IMG/VR virus record: IMGVR_UViG_3300045988_062648 | Coordinates: 26,514-90,513 of that record | Reading direction: 5' to 3' (one strand) | Length of the DNA stretch: 64,000 nt | Origin: a virus | Notes under the pieces: generated by a model | Told to the model about the DNA's origin: nothing | What the model saw: only the letters and a program-made list of their open reading frames with translations | The model's database searches: none | Shown here: positions 31,201-37,417 of the stretch, in pieces | Numbering within the stretch: position 1 is the first letter of the stretch | How the letters are laid out: every line of letters begins with the position of its first letter | Program-made: the position numbers and the translations under genes

Positions 31201-33533
31201 AGAATCTTAAAGAGATTAGTAAGATAATTGGTTTTAATGTATCTACAAATAATGGTAAGCAAGAATATTATGAGGAACTTAGTTATAAAACTGATAAAAC
31301 TCCTCTAATGCCTCTTACTAATACTCTTATGTCTAAAGATAGATTTAAAGCTAAGACTATTGATGAAGCAGAGCAACAACTAGAAGGAGAACGTTCTATT
31401 GATATGCGTGATGTTATAAGACCTCAACGTGACCAATTTGAAACTGTAGAAGAATATAATCAAGCAGTTAATAGATTTGATACTGTATCAGACCAAGTTA
31501 AAGCTCATAATAGAGAAATTCAAAAAAATCTTATGGATAGAGATTGGTATGATGTTATTGAAAACTTTATAGAACAAGCTGGTCATTATAATGCAGTTCA
31601 AGATATTAAAGAACAACTTTATTATGGTCTTAGTATGCTTGAAAATCAACAAGCATTTATTAGAAAGTATGGTGCTTTTGGAAATCTTAAACGAGATGAT
31701 AGAAGAACTACTGATAATAATCAACCTGTATATGAAACCACAGTTGACAAAGATATAGTATCACAATGGAAAACTTATATGCGTCGTGTACTATATGACC
31801 AGTGGAAAGAGCCTGAAAGTAAACTTACTGCTTTTGCTAATAATCTACAAGGTTTTACATCAGCTAACTATATGATGCTTAACATTCGTGGTGGTATAGC
31901 TAACGTAACACTTGGTGAAACAGGTATTCTTGCAGAAGCTGCTGCACATGAATATTTCCATGCTTCAGAATGGGCTGCTGGTACTGCTGAATGGTCACTT
32001 GGAGTTATGGGTTTTGTTCGTGGTATGTATAGTGAAAAAGCATATAACAAACAAGATGCTATAGCTAAGTTCTTTAAAGCTGTTGATTATGATGAACATA
32101 CTGGTGTTTCAAGACTTGTCGATTTAGCCAAATGGAGTGAGCGTATTCGTAATCTTGGATTTAGTCCTCAAACAATAGGTGAACACTTCATGCAAAATAG
32201 TGTTCTATTTGCTATGATGAAAAGTCATAAAGTAGTTCCTATGCCAAATGACCCAAAAGGTATTGGTTTTACTATTATGAACAAAGAAGAATACATACGT
32301 TATAGACAAGCTGATATACTTAATGAACTTCTTAATGATGAACAACGTGCAGAGTTTGTTCAATTTATGAAAGATATAAGTATGGATGCAGACCTTGCAA
32401 AAGATTATGCTTGGTTTAGAAAAGAGCCTTTTAGTCAATTCTTAGTTACTCATTGTAGTAATGAACAAAGAAAAGAATTTGGTAAACGTATAAAAGAACA
32501 ACGTAAACGACTCTCAGAAGAGTTTGATAATCATAATTCTTTATATGAACAAGTTGAACTTGGAGAAGATGGTTATATGAAATTTGTTGAGGGTTCTGAC
32601 TTAGCACAACTTGATGAAAAACCATATAACGATATTACACAAGCAATAGACCTTATGGGACGTTTTTCAGAACGAGTTAGAAGTGTTAATAAAAAGATAC
32701 ATGGTGTATATAATAGACTTGGTTCTGCTGATATAGAACGTAAATGGTATGGTAGTCTTATTATGCAATATCATAAACACTTACCTATGGGTATTCTTAA
32801 ACGTTATCGTATAAGAGGTCATTACAATGAAACTCGTGGCAGTGTTGAAAAAGGTATGATAAGTAGTGTTGCAGATTTTCTTTCACTCAATTTTGATGCA
32901 GTTAAACATGATATGGGTCTGAGTGATGATGAAGTATTTACTCTTAAAGGACTTCAAAATCTATTTACTAGTATTGGAGATTTTCTTATTAAGATACCTA
33001 CTACATGGGCTATTGTGCCAGAGTATGATAGAGCTAACATAAGACGTAATCTTGGTGACGCTGTAGGTGTACTTGCTTCTCTTTCTACTTCTGTTGCTCT
33101 ATTTGCTATTGGAGATGATGACGATGATGGTATTCTTTACAATCTCGCAATATATGAAGCTGACCGACTTGGTAGTGAAGCATTTATGTATAATCCTATT
33201 GGAGCAATTAATGAGGGTAAAAAACTTATGTCTACTCCTATTGCTGCTCAAAGTATTATAAATGATGCTTGGAAAACTATGCAAGAAATATGTGGGTTTA
33301 TACTTGAAGGAGATGAATATGACCCATATTATAAGAATGGTAGATTTGCAGGTGAAAGTAAACTTAGTGTATTTATTCAACGTCGTATTCCTATTTGGAA
33401 TGGTATTAGAAATATAATTGATGTTAGTGAAAATAATAAGTTCTATAAAGTTGGAACTACTGGGTCAATTCTTTTTAATACTCAAGCAATGGGTAATTGG
33501 ATAGCTGGAGAGGGCTATCAAGATAACGAATAA
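19284..33533 (+). CDS. giant virion-packaged RNA polymerase-like protein (about 4749 aa) with DFDID metal-binding motif
   Basis: A 14.3-kb uninterrupted ORF (track start 19191; the first ATG downstream of the preceding gene's stop is at 19284, MSDKSC…). The motif …QTGSDFDIDSVYG… at nt 24558-24572 matches the DxDxD catalytic aspartate triad of the double-psi beta-barrel RNAPs described for crAss-like phages. Size and position are typical of crAss-like phages. Confidence 0.65.
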   Translation: MSDKSCIIKFNDSSLSKELTKRTGHNSIKFAAYEAAVIENGQFNQAFTDWYKARYKRTPNLEVKDAKTLADRVIEYYNTEVYTTARDITNQSVDAKQVLENGYNSFQDRELGKHFVAVSILRTYRDVHDLGINIRGSKRDYYTNTAKRAWNDYIFESIVARRKKDINQVKEEYDSAEDKYAYINKELGRNKTVSEVNLIAVWNELNGSADKAQRFIDEVFATNEISNIRAEIDDVETDKNINDASDANREENDLDNGEDVAKEEDATDDTISKFDHSGVYSTWLKHLNQRLVVYFNTLEVLNSPTQNDGAWDVNRNNSFGIANTMDAAACSKLIFANNGFANTDEMIYTIRRLSTTIPGFESFAKFADDLEHDADLRTEVFTTFSKAVVPKLETVIENEEVNTRISNLRANPRLATMFLAYDDMRASIGIDNTFMQSRVNAFERSLKKKSGVVENAKERLNKDIDDIIDIVRQYIPSIPANAIKTFIQKNNHADNDINAQYDNLNIIVGNLKNIIKSASATQTRYNSFITRINEAVEHNDAIKHDVSGQPHSHTEYINIADLYKEDYLDASVNGAVAAIVDNVLQYINPDVSFNSRNQDGNQNSDVINNSLVTYMRRLNSRWYMYRDEATGNATWQNDELLDWGRERLLSQQYTYSNILLEHRDEEGNILNKGLFRKGDNGELSLTEYAKDLFDIYYYNGASDLDNGTSAGYSKMNIGVYAPTTYMNYFKANVNGVSDSNFANYFLRIPSDAPKTFILRAPRYSTKNLYSVANRDEIRQAASEIVDNYDRISINDFTRDYFNEETIKVKGNNINSTEDIIANYLTDKGDMYVPTLKAVKQIPDSDEVYVAVETVGTYKNPDGTYSNHLYIIKGTLVKRGKANFLTNREYIASVSDTHDMDEKVKNIMRNYYERRLETHDVTVKGTTYNKARREINRNHTIVKILLNNFKQELLDMATTLNHYFEFNADGSIKFEAKTYRPVFKPGVKDTDGYRFYDLGKNGSVIEASKTGNISHYRLGGNVFKSNKFTVKELGDDNVLRKVNYMEDIFDDSINSTGADGRINLLYGGRESKLNIVRSDTGLVTDVQLTEAQQERAINNIVNFLNSYFTQAQEEVANFNNFVKGVPTTIDAVVDFAANQLITHYAYDDIFEGGVKFYADAQTVLKRAKEVQGSGVSYGIVDFNDSNIADLYDIPNAYLNNGKYSDYTKEQYIGEDGKRHTKEVPRTRTIQEVFAGTELAGITQRNGWRAVTIENSKNTNFAALKELTGVLVKAGMSEENAKNLLYGPVVTDKNGNPIYDKNGLEKHKGGYQDTKVNDAQSYITFKEWVRRIAARGQLKRYMPLIEKLLDPNAVLTDNDLNEFVQVQKNFYYDLHYDSSFNRFVPRQIKNAEFVLVPRFIKGTQLERVAQMMEEANIDQLNTVETSKASNRHVLTLWDNDGEISEERYQNFAKEAKGVAEIYYYKYLYTQQETPQHVNTTNKAGIQIVKKMIDNLAQDDPNKLQFFANYVANIEESWRNLLDKLDVPRDENGNILTNQDGQILGINKKVLYERFKEELYRTGINSNILDFVTLDETTNQPIAPAISNLVLDKIETTHQAIYNSKITRQKLPGFHAAQVTNIGWKRLDNGESKYCLKTNANVIISKEEFNNLDETEKKKYRNTQVQYDGSLRYHPNGEGYIEVKLTYSALGINKNDPHYIGMTNAEIIKELEEQGLDKIIGYRIPTEGKQSVAVMKVVDFIDDGLGSTIVVPNDWVSQTGSDFDIDSVYGITFDTHRGKGGKLIKAKFVDGDNYTISDWINYIKNYADRNAKGYVRPKIKQIIDAINSSEQEEFVSLRAQEDEAFKKFISAIPEQSRGKMVNRFKNEAKRIRTALDGASNKEIWSAQLEKYIQIASDLKAKLKNANTIASIDEFISSCDDILNFLNNQDGRFERKKDAALAEEEQKRIDKYNEIAKEAGLLTFDEYFDALDAAKTPEDFAKLNTRHARNNAIVQSMLNILQDVKNLEENLSRSNSDDIEASIDKCLGDNAKAERENRSQYNVFDEMRYQEEAMSGAVLKGASVFMDSVCSICNVVKPTLRGGVKVSYDTKFYNQEEITKRYGLNKNDISKGRIRVVHNQYGWSSDNRNVIGRLITPYSSETTAYILDAIKKGAMPNVNQFTFPVLKHLVNLGIDYDTAISFMANPAISTIIRNNNRFNSIYSNEFGNAIHESINEIARQLGIKVDEKTPVISVLASVQSKFGDVINKIFKVDKEDVKFSLEEEAAATLALMPDKLIARLKDNGIFGTTTPVEEKLIFDLGNILIFNRLRNQAQEIGGVATALNPDKFGAKMSLFATNQIFDKILGQIYTDSSYVEERTDPILSINGEHILKSIYPGITGDPENSIEPGVPAMLRADISKSTYPSLAAFLKYATATSSVIAKQVLLTQHPAFIRFCNGLATKFSDVVQEMDEKQYNDFQKYAISYFYNNVESIRRPIVPVKNEDGTYSYNIDNSDTPDNATISIEDAERERVFGYNRVPALSIVEKVQVTRNGKTINKTVTRPIEIENLNHPTQEELNDFAQFSPAQKVKFIKTHFDDAGVFDYIDVQLYNPTIRGWRTGMQTLEYLESNVGDNVIFNMFYEAYNNRNPLVAMAARDVIKYAIQVEGYRMRQTAAGKVISNKPLNTGYEEGGMNFFAEVAEMFSTIGTTGSAIFEQTSMDEIYERYFRSHIDNPHIKSFRLTNSSMIKFNIHTRSYDMLVMEKKYDETSDDDKIAKEFNNNCAKAGIKTYHPASNTYTTNNYLRVYRDKKVVLYKIKDLGDKVILYPLNKLQPNETTEWSANDNNNEYPNKITYEGIIHDYQKQLFNDAALQFTSGWIKESNNARKQNGENPVVYYKHRRDYSNQAATVDFNLDKLANEQGGALAQAREQIRSNFERLNAKHLYMRNAALGNYIFVPGFENASKQTITMRNGAKSTFLIAKVDTDRSRTNKRYLGNNKKENAKVIQTIDNPSLRQVYENANNIGLKQVSDLFVVSPYITDSSEDIAMASNIEENFYGMIDNIARVAHTTGEQEAVYVYDKLSKAGVNSTKQAIRNNIELAVRESARYYSHKAQELKNQVNFFIEDPTLPGQYISMNSDEVYNRLVQDQDMTKRYLRVSNEITALRNMLAPFEELNLDSEDAQLQGYIDALKKAYKIVRELPVNEINTNYARKVLAKTSTNPVITANIIDVLDNYHRNYGAMWKFHDIAESGNPFVQLLMRDIASLTEAKRMQTQRFKRNYQARIKEIQDEATRNGYTIDLNKMIDKHGYFVKSYTHQFIEDYDRLRVAKNNAAAEYGIGSIEWLKARNEYEDFKAKYINQEVKQEYYEKRNANEKYMLDNYPEIYEEYMKLHYQRIELMSYSSDHGTTQDIIDKIANVERQMFNLTRPNYYINADGQLVERPVRDPDIQYSPENERVLRLYSRDAQTTLNNYLDAQRKLNEEYYEYDSAFGFEENLEKYLNIIKDFEQRDANGVPTVPITVLENNPKYVEARNWVRENAQFVITPTDEAIKSENSIAYKLTNALNRLLIGRNGKSYAVNDIMNNANDGKGIRDERGIPDGTKLTDKERANIKKNQEDAYQINESTAGSDRILINSISKREGDTYKGEFYRSMTSDKKIDNARYLKLVTELNRKLEKYYSDIDGIIHFEQIPDTEEGIEELSEIAMLYQQIRAVKKQYKSSTSTEATEFIKENVVFVYDKNIYLSQANAVNDRSSEYTEAWMRVNLERNENGDFIQRQDGSVIPNNMIYSYAKPKGKKGETKYDKWVDNQKAEDLAIVNQYYRKVKTRYYYQAMREAMRQEEENHDGSYQKWYQDNHIYNPYTRKYEPLACWLMNEYRDELFKDNEFEGRWMPKRKQRERVVRDGNTSIIVNGVENTIYNEYNDKRNANYNPNLPLSDNYIQGSGYDNNVALNPYEVQMRDYMQSVLQSLAHVDSAKKYFSRGALPRRLKPERATIKKNLKEISKIIGFNVSTNNGKQEYYEELSYKTDKTPLMPLTNTLMSKDRFKAKTIDEAEQQLEGERSIDMRDVIRPQRDQFETVEEYNQAVNRFDTVSDQVKAHNREIQKNLMDRDWYDVIENFIEQAGHYNAVQDIKEQLYYGLSMLENQQAFIRKYGAFGNLKRDDRRTTDNNQPVYETTVDKDIVSQWKTYMRRVLYDQWKEPESKLTAFANNLQGFTSANYMMLNIRGGIANVTLGETGILAEAAAHEYFHASEWAAGTAEWSLGVMGFVRGMYSEKAYNKQDAIAKFFKAVDYDEHTGVSRLVDLAKWSERIRNLGFSPQTIGEHFMQNSVLFAMMKSHKVVPMPNDPKGIGFTIMNKEEYIRYRQADILNELLNDEQRAEFVQFMKDISMDADLAKDYAWFRKEPFSQFLVTHCSNEQRKEFGKRIKEQRKRLSEEFDNHNSLYEQVELGEDGYMKFVEGSDLAQLDEKPYNDITQAIDLMGRFSERVRSVNKKIHGVYNRLGSADIERKWYGSLIMQYHKHLPMGILKRYRIRGHYNETRGSVEKGMISSVADFLSLNFDAVKHDMGLSDDEVFTLKGLQNLFTSIGDFLIKIPTTWAIVPEYDRANIRRNLGDAVGVLASLSTSVALFAIGDDDDDGILYNLAIYEADRLGSEAFMYNPIGAINEGKKLMSTPIAAQSIINDAWKTMQEICGFILEGDEYDPYYKNGRFAGESKLSVFIQRRIPIWNGIRNIIDVSENNKFYKVGTTGSILFNTQAMGNWIAGEGYQDNE
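22469..22493 (-). repeat. dispersed motif, copy 6 (reverse variant CTTCTCTACGGGGGGCGAGAGTCC; intragenic in RNAP gene)
   Basis: Variant with an extra CT in the CTTCT part. Confidence 0.75.
26130..26153 (+). repeat. dispersed motif, copy 7 (forward GGCACTACAACCCCCGTAGAAGAG; intragenic in RNAP gene)
   Basis: Core 26140-26151; encodes GTTTPVEE. Confidence 0.9.
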
Positions 33534-33561
33534 GTTGGGATATACAACCCCCGTAGAAGAG
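33534..33561 (+). repeat. dispersed motif, copy 8 (forward extended GTTGGGATATACAACCCCCGTAGAAGAG; intergenic, 1 nt after the RNAP stop)
   Basis: Core 33548-33559. The 3' part AAGAGGTGA pairs with TCACCTCTT at 33592-33600 (9-bp stem, 26-nt loop). Confidence 0.9.
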
Positions 33562-33778
33562 GTGATGGTAGAAGTTGTAATACTCTACTATTCACCTCTT
33601 TCTCTTTCTTAACATAATTTTGTAATTCTGTTTAATGCTGAAACAAGTAATATTACTATATTTGTAATACCGCTTATGCTACATATATAATATGACTTGC
33701 ATTTGTTCCTGATGCAGGTGGAGGACGAAAAGGAGCAGGAGTTCAAGCTAGCTCTCCTTCATCAAAAGTTAGCTACAA

Positions 33779-33849
33779 TGGAGCATGGTGTAATGGTAGC
33801 ACCACAGGTTTTGGTTCTGTTAGTAGAGGTTCGAGTCCTCTTGTTCCAA
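33779..33849 (+). tRNA. tRNA-Gln (anticodon UUG)
   Basis: Cloverleaf by hand: acceptor tggagca/tgttcca (7 bp, 1 G-U); D-stem gtgt/gcac; anticodon stem acagg/tctgt; loop ttTTGgt giving anticodon TTG; variable loop tagt; T-arm agagg-ttcgagt-cctct; discriminator A; CCA not encoded. Confidence 0.75.
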
Positions 33850-33952
33850 CAACGATTTTGTTTATTTGTTGATTGCTGTAAATGATAATGTTTAAAGGGT
33901 TACTTGAAACTTTCTTTTAAAAGTTGAATAAAGTGTTTTTGAAAGTAATTCG

Positions 33953-33985
33953 ATAGCTCGGCTAGTGATAGTCGAGCTATTTTTG
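33953..33985 (+). terminator. rho-independent terminator candidate downstream of the tRNA
   Basis: atagctcg (8 bp) / cgagctat stem with a 12-nt loop, followed by ttttt. Confidence 0.45.
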
Positions 33986-34114
33986 TATGTATTAAACAAG
34001 ATGAAATAAACTACCATATTTTAAATTCCTCTACAATCGTTTTAATTTTGCAAGCTGATTAATTTATCAGCTAAGATATTAGAACTCAACAGAGCCAAAG
34101 GAAAGTGGCAAATT

Positions 34115-34351
34115 TCAAATGTCCGTACCATACCAACCCGATGCGTTTGCCTGCACGGTGTCCGTTTCATAAACTCTATCATTATTAGCTTTACTTCGTG
34201 TATAATCATGTCTATTAACACTGCCAAGTAAAAATCCAATAACAATACCAATACATAAAAAGTACATATACTTCGTTATTTGTTTCTTTTGTTGCTTTTC
34301 CATATTATTTATATATAATAAAAATGCTAAGACTTTCACAAGCCCTAGCAT
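34115..34351 (-). CDS. small membrane protein (78 aa)
   Basis: Hydrophobic segment FLCIGIVIGFLLG. Last gene of the minus-strand block. Confidence 0.4.
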   Translation of the reverse strand: MLGLVKVLAFLLYINNMEKQQKKQITKYMYFLCIGIVIGFLLGSVNRHDYTRSKANNDRVYETDTVQANASGWYGTDI

Positions 34352-34384
34352 TACTCGATTTTTATTATGACTGAAAAGAAGAAA

Positions 34385-34681
34385 TTACTTCATATATAAA
34401 TCTATCCAACGTACAATAACTGGCGCAGGATAACTCCCAACACATTTAAATCTAATATCATCATTAATCATAAAAAGAGTTATAGGATAATCTTTAGCAT
34501 TAATTTTGCGAAGTAATGATCTATCAATTCTTCTATAATCTTCAAGTTCTTTGGTAATATTAAATTTAGATTTAACTGTCTTAATTGCTTCTCCAACATT
34601 TTTACTTTGAATAGTACAACCAAGACAACCAGGAGTAGTTATTATCAATATTTTTCTGTCAACACTCATGTTCTTGTTCAT
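34385..34681 (-). CDS. thioredoxin-fold redoxin (CxxC; NrdH/glutaredoxin-like)
   Basis: …ILIITTPGCLGCT… CxxC active site. Downstream …DYPITLFMINDD…G motif resembles the thioredoxin cis-Pro/βαβ region. The track ORF starts at 34765 with TTG and overlaps the upstream gene; an internal ATG (MNKNMSVDRK / MSVDRK) is the more likely start. Coordinates approximate. Confidence 0.5.
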   Translation of the reverse strand: MNKNMSVDRKILIITTPGCLGCTIQSKNVGEAIKTVKSKFNITKELEDYRRIDRSLLRKINAKDYPITLFMINDDIRFKCVGSYPAPVIVRWIDLYMK

Positions 34682-34970
34682 TTTGCAGTTGACCTTGAGG
34701 TTCATTATCATTAGCAGGCAACACAATTCTATCAACTGCTTCACGATAATAACCATCTTCGTCAATTGTTACTCCCATATTTTCAAGAATACACTCAAGA
34801 GCTTCTGCTGCTTTCTTATAAGAAGCAAGTAGAATAGCAAGATTGGCATAAGTTACATGACTACGAGTAGAATCTTTTGGATTCCAATTAGAAATAGTGT
34901 TTTCAAGTTTACTAATACGAATAACTATTTCTTTATGTTCAGTTATTCCAGCTTTAACAAATTTGTCCAT
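34659..34970 (-). CDS. hypothetical protein (103 aa)
   Basis: ORF in operon context. Confidence 0.45.
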   Translation of the reverse strand: MDKFVKAGITEHKEIVIRISKLENTISNWNPKDSTRSHVTYANLAILLASYKKAAEALECILENMGVTIDEDGYYREAVDRIVLPANDNEPQGQLQNEQEHEC

Positions 34971-34994
34971 ATATTTATTATTTAAATTATTAAT

Positions 34995-35276
34995 TTATTT
35001 ACCTGTTGATTGAAAACCTCCATCTCCACTTTCTGTTTCGCTAAGATCTTCTTTAAGAGTATTAGAATATAAAAGTTCTTTTTCATAATTAATGCGAGTA
35101 TTAAGAATAATAAGATAATTAATCATAGCTTTATGTTGTTTTATAAGAAGTTCTTTTTGATAACCATTAAGTGTAGTAAATTTTTCTCCAGTAATAAATT
35201 TAATACATTTATCTACTTTATCATAGAGTTCTTCTTTTTCTATAATCATTCTTTTTATATAATCAGGCATTTCCAT
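34995..35276 (-). CDS. small protein (93 aa) ending in a dUTPase motif-V-like tail (…SGDGGFQSTGK*)
   Basis: The C-terminus GDGGFQSTGK parallels the RGEGGFGSTEK terminus of the dUTPase encoded two genes downstream. Confidence 0.45.
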   Translation of the reverse strand: MEMPDYIKRMIIEKEELYDKVDKCIKFITGEKFTTLNGYQKELLIKQHKAMINYLIILNTRINYEKELLYSNTLKEDLSETESGDGGFQSTGK

Positions 35277-35327
35277 AGTTTAATCTTCTTTTTTTTATTT
35301 TAATTTCAATTCGTTATTTTATAGTTT

Positions 35328-35699
35328 TTAATCAATATTTGCACCTTTAGGATTAGGACATTTGGGGAAGTCATCATCATTATAATAAAAAGTTTTAAGA
35401 CCATAATTAGCAGCAGCTTCATGCTCTACATGACAACCACGAGCTTTTTCCCAACCTTTACAGAAATAAACTGCATCACAAGTAGACATTTTAGCAAGAG
35501 ACTGAGCAAGAAAATAAAGAGGAATATTTTGGACTCCAATATTTCTAAGACTCTCAGGCTTATCGAAATCATCACCAAAATAAGTATTAACTATTTCATA
35601 TCCTTTTTCTTTAAGGACTTTAACAGCTTTATCTTTTTCAGCTAAGATAGTAGCTTCACCTTTACCAGCCATAGGCTGACTAATCATTGCTTTCTTCAT
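35328..35699 (-). CDS. nucleoside 2-deoxyribosyltransferase-like protein (DUF4406-like)
   Basis: N-terminal MISQPMAGKG… and …CDAVYFCKGWEKARGCHVEHEAAANYGLK… match the characteristic DUF4406 pattern (P-M-x-G…, CDa-y-l-GWe-S-G-E-A-G). Confidence 0.45.
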   Translation of the reverse strand: MKKAMISQPMAGKGEATILAEKDKAVKVLKEKGYEIVNTYFGDDFDKPESLRNIGVQNIPLYFLAQSLAKMSTCDAVYFCKGWEKARGCHVEHEAAANYGLKTFYYNDDDFPKCPNPKGANID

Positions 35700-35702
35700 A
35701 AT

Positions 35703-35918
35703 TTAATCCTTTCTAAGTTTAAAATAATTCATAAAATCGTCAATAAGACGAACGAAACGAGTAACTTCATTGTCATTTTCAGAAACATAACAAATACAGT
35801 TTTTCCAATCGCCATTTATTTTAACTCTTGCAAAAGTGTCAGTAATAACATATTTACTATCTTTGTATGTAATATGCTCAACTTTAGCACCAATTTTAAT
35901 ATCTTCAAGTTTAATCAT
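35703..35918 (-). CDS. hypothetical protein (71 aa)
   Basis: ORF, operon context. Confidence 0.4.
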   Translation of the reverse strand: MIKLEDIKIGAKVEHITYKDSKYVITDTFARVKINGDWKNCICYVSENDNEVTRFVRLIDDFMNYFKLRKD

Positions 35919-35924
35919 AGTACA

Positions 35925-36476
35925 TTATTTTTCTGTCGAACCAAAACCGCCTTCTCCACGGTCAGTAGCTCCAAGTGTATCTTGTGTTTCAACTTCATCC
36001 CAAACAATACGTTCACGGCGACGAACAAGTATTTGAGCGACTCTGTCTCCAACACTATATTCAGCACAAGAACTTGTTGGGTCATCTATTTGACGATGAA
36101 CAAGCATAAGTTCTCCACGATAACCTCCATCAAGGGTCCCTGGGGCATTCTGCATAACAGCAAGAGTTTTAGTATTACTACTACGAGGACGAATTTCCAT
36201 TTCGTAATCTTTAGGAAGAGCAAAATGAAGTCCAGTATGATAAACTACTCGACCATCATCTTTATACTCTATTGAATGAACATAAACATCCATACAAGCA
36301 TCACCAGGTTTGGCATAAGTAGGAAGTTTAACTGTTTCATCTTCACGCCAAACTTTAACGTAACAGGTATCAAGTTGACTAAGTACATCTTTTACCATGT
36401 ACTCCAAATCATCTCCACGTCCATTTTGTACAGCTAGTGTTATAGCACTAGTTAAAACATCTACAATTTTACTCAT
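35925..36476 (-). CDS. dut: dUTP diphosphatase (trimeric dUTPase)
   Basis: dUTPase motifs: PGDACMDVY (motif 1-like), GTLDGGYRGEL (motif 3) and C-terminal RGEGGFGSTEK (motif 5). Confidence 0.85.
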   Translation of the reverse strand: MSKIVDVLTSAITLAVQNGRGDDLEYMVKDVLSQLDTCYVKVWREDETVKLPTYAKPGDACMDVYVHSIEYKDDGRVVYHTGLHFALPKDYEMEIRPRSSNTKTLAVMQNAPGTLDGGYRGELMLVHRQIDDPTSSCAEYSVGDRVAQILVRRRERIVWDEVETQDTLGATDRGEGGFGSTEK

Positions 36477-37089
36477 TTCTTTTAAGTTTTAATTTACGTA
36501 AATTATTTAAATATTCAATACGATTTTTATTTTCTTGTTCTAACTTATATTTACGTTCTTCTTCTTTTCTTTCTTTATCTTTTTTAATTATAGTATCTAT
36601 ATTACCTTTAAAAGATTGGTCAACAGGAACTTTATAAGTATCTTTATCTATTATTTGAATAAAGTTTTTTTCAACTAAACTTTTAATAGCTTTACTTATA
36701 GTTCCTTTATCAAGAGTAAGAACTTCCTCAAAAGTATTACGTTCTATTTTAACAACATTAGTATTTTTCTTTAGACAATCAAGTATGTAAAAATATACAA
36801 GTTGTGTAGATCTATTACAATAAGCAATATCGTAAAGTCTATCTATTTTGACTCGTACACTTTCATTTAAATACTTACAAGGTCTATTAATTACTTCACC
36901 TTTGTTATTATATTCAGGAACTGTCATTTCATCTATATTAAGAAGTTCTTGTTCATCAATAATAATTTCATTCATAACTAGCTTTAGACCGTTGACTATA
37001 CGGCAAAAATACGGCAAAAAGTTGATAATTAGGCAATATTTATAAGATTTTGTTTCCTCTACGGCAACATTTTGTTGAAAAGTTGCCAA
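36469..37089 (-). CDS. putative winged-helix DNA-binding protein / transcription regulator (206 aa)
   Basis: Helix-turn-helix-like segment …LDKGTISKAIKSLVEKNFIQ…. First gene after a 345-bp intergenic region that carries paired motif copies. Confidence 0.35.
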   Translation of the reverse strand: MATFQQNVAVEETKSYKYCLIINFLPYFCRIVNGLKLVMNEIIIDEQELLNIDEMTVPEYNNKGEVINRPCKYLNESVRVKIDRLYDIAYCNRSTQLVYFYILDCLKKNTNVVKIERNTFEEVLTLDKGTISKAIKSLVEKNFIQIIDKDTYKVPVDQSFKGNIDTIIKKDKERKEEERKYKLEQENKNRIEYLNNLRKLKLKRNE

Positions 37090-37232
37090 AGTGTCAACAA
37101 AAAAATCTCCTAACTAATTGATAGTCAGGAGATTACAACGGTCTAAGTAGTTCCTTATATAATATATATAAGTACAATACAAATATACTTATCTTTATTT
37201 ACATCACCATGCGCATTAACTCTTTTAACACT

Positions 37233-37260
37233 CTTGGGATATTAAACCCCCGTAGAAGAG
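37233..37260 (+). repeat. dispersed motif, copy 9 (forward CTTGGGATATTAAACCCCCGTAGAAGAG; intergenic)
   Basis: Core 37247-37258. Confidence 0.9.
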
Positions 37261-37386
37261 TGTACATCGTAGCCTTACTTTGGTAAAAAGTTCAATCATC
37301 ATTTGTTTCAAAAGCATATTCACTCTATCTAACTCTATTTTGTCTAGTACCAATATCACTACTATCTAGACTAAGACTACAACATC

Positions 37387-37417
37387 TCATTTCTTCTACG
37401 GGGGTTGTGTATCCCGA
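37387..37417 (-). repeat. dispersed motif, copy 10 (reverse; revcomp GTCGGGATACACAACCCCCGTAGAAGAAATGAG; intergenic)
   Basis: Core 37392-37403. With copy 9 it forms an inverted pair bracketing about 130 bp. Confidence 0.9.

Noticed and set aside
2318-33380. Dozens of 60-220-aa ORFs on the minus strand inside the large plus-strand structural genes (for example 3323-3979, 17384-17851, 26832-27416, 28851-29522)
   Set aside because: They lie entirely inside long, clearly coding plus-strand ORFs. They are I/F/Y/N/K-rich, as expected from the antisense of AT-rich coding DNA, and have no start or stop context of their own. They are antisense artefacts.
33700-33778. A second tRNA-like region upstream of tRNA-Gln (…aaggagcaggagttcaagctagctctcctt…)
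   Set aside because: It contains a T-arm-like GGAGTTCAAGC and a 6-bp hairpin, but I could not build acceptor, D or anticodon stems. At most it is a degenerate tRNA remnant.
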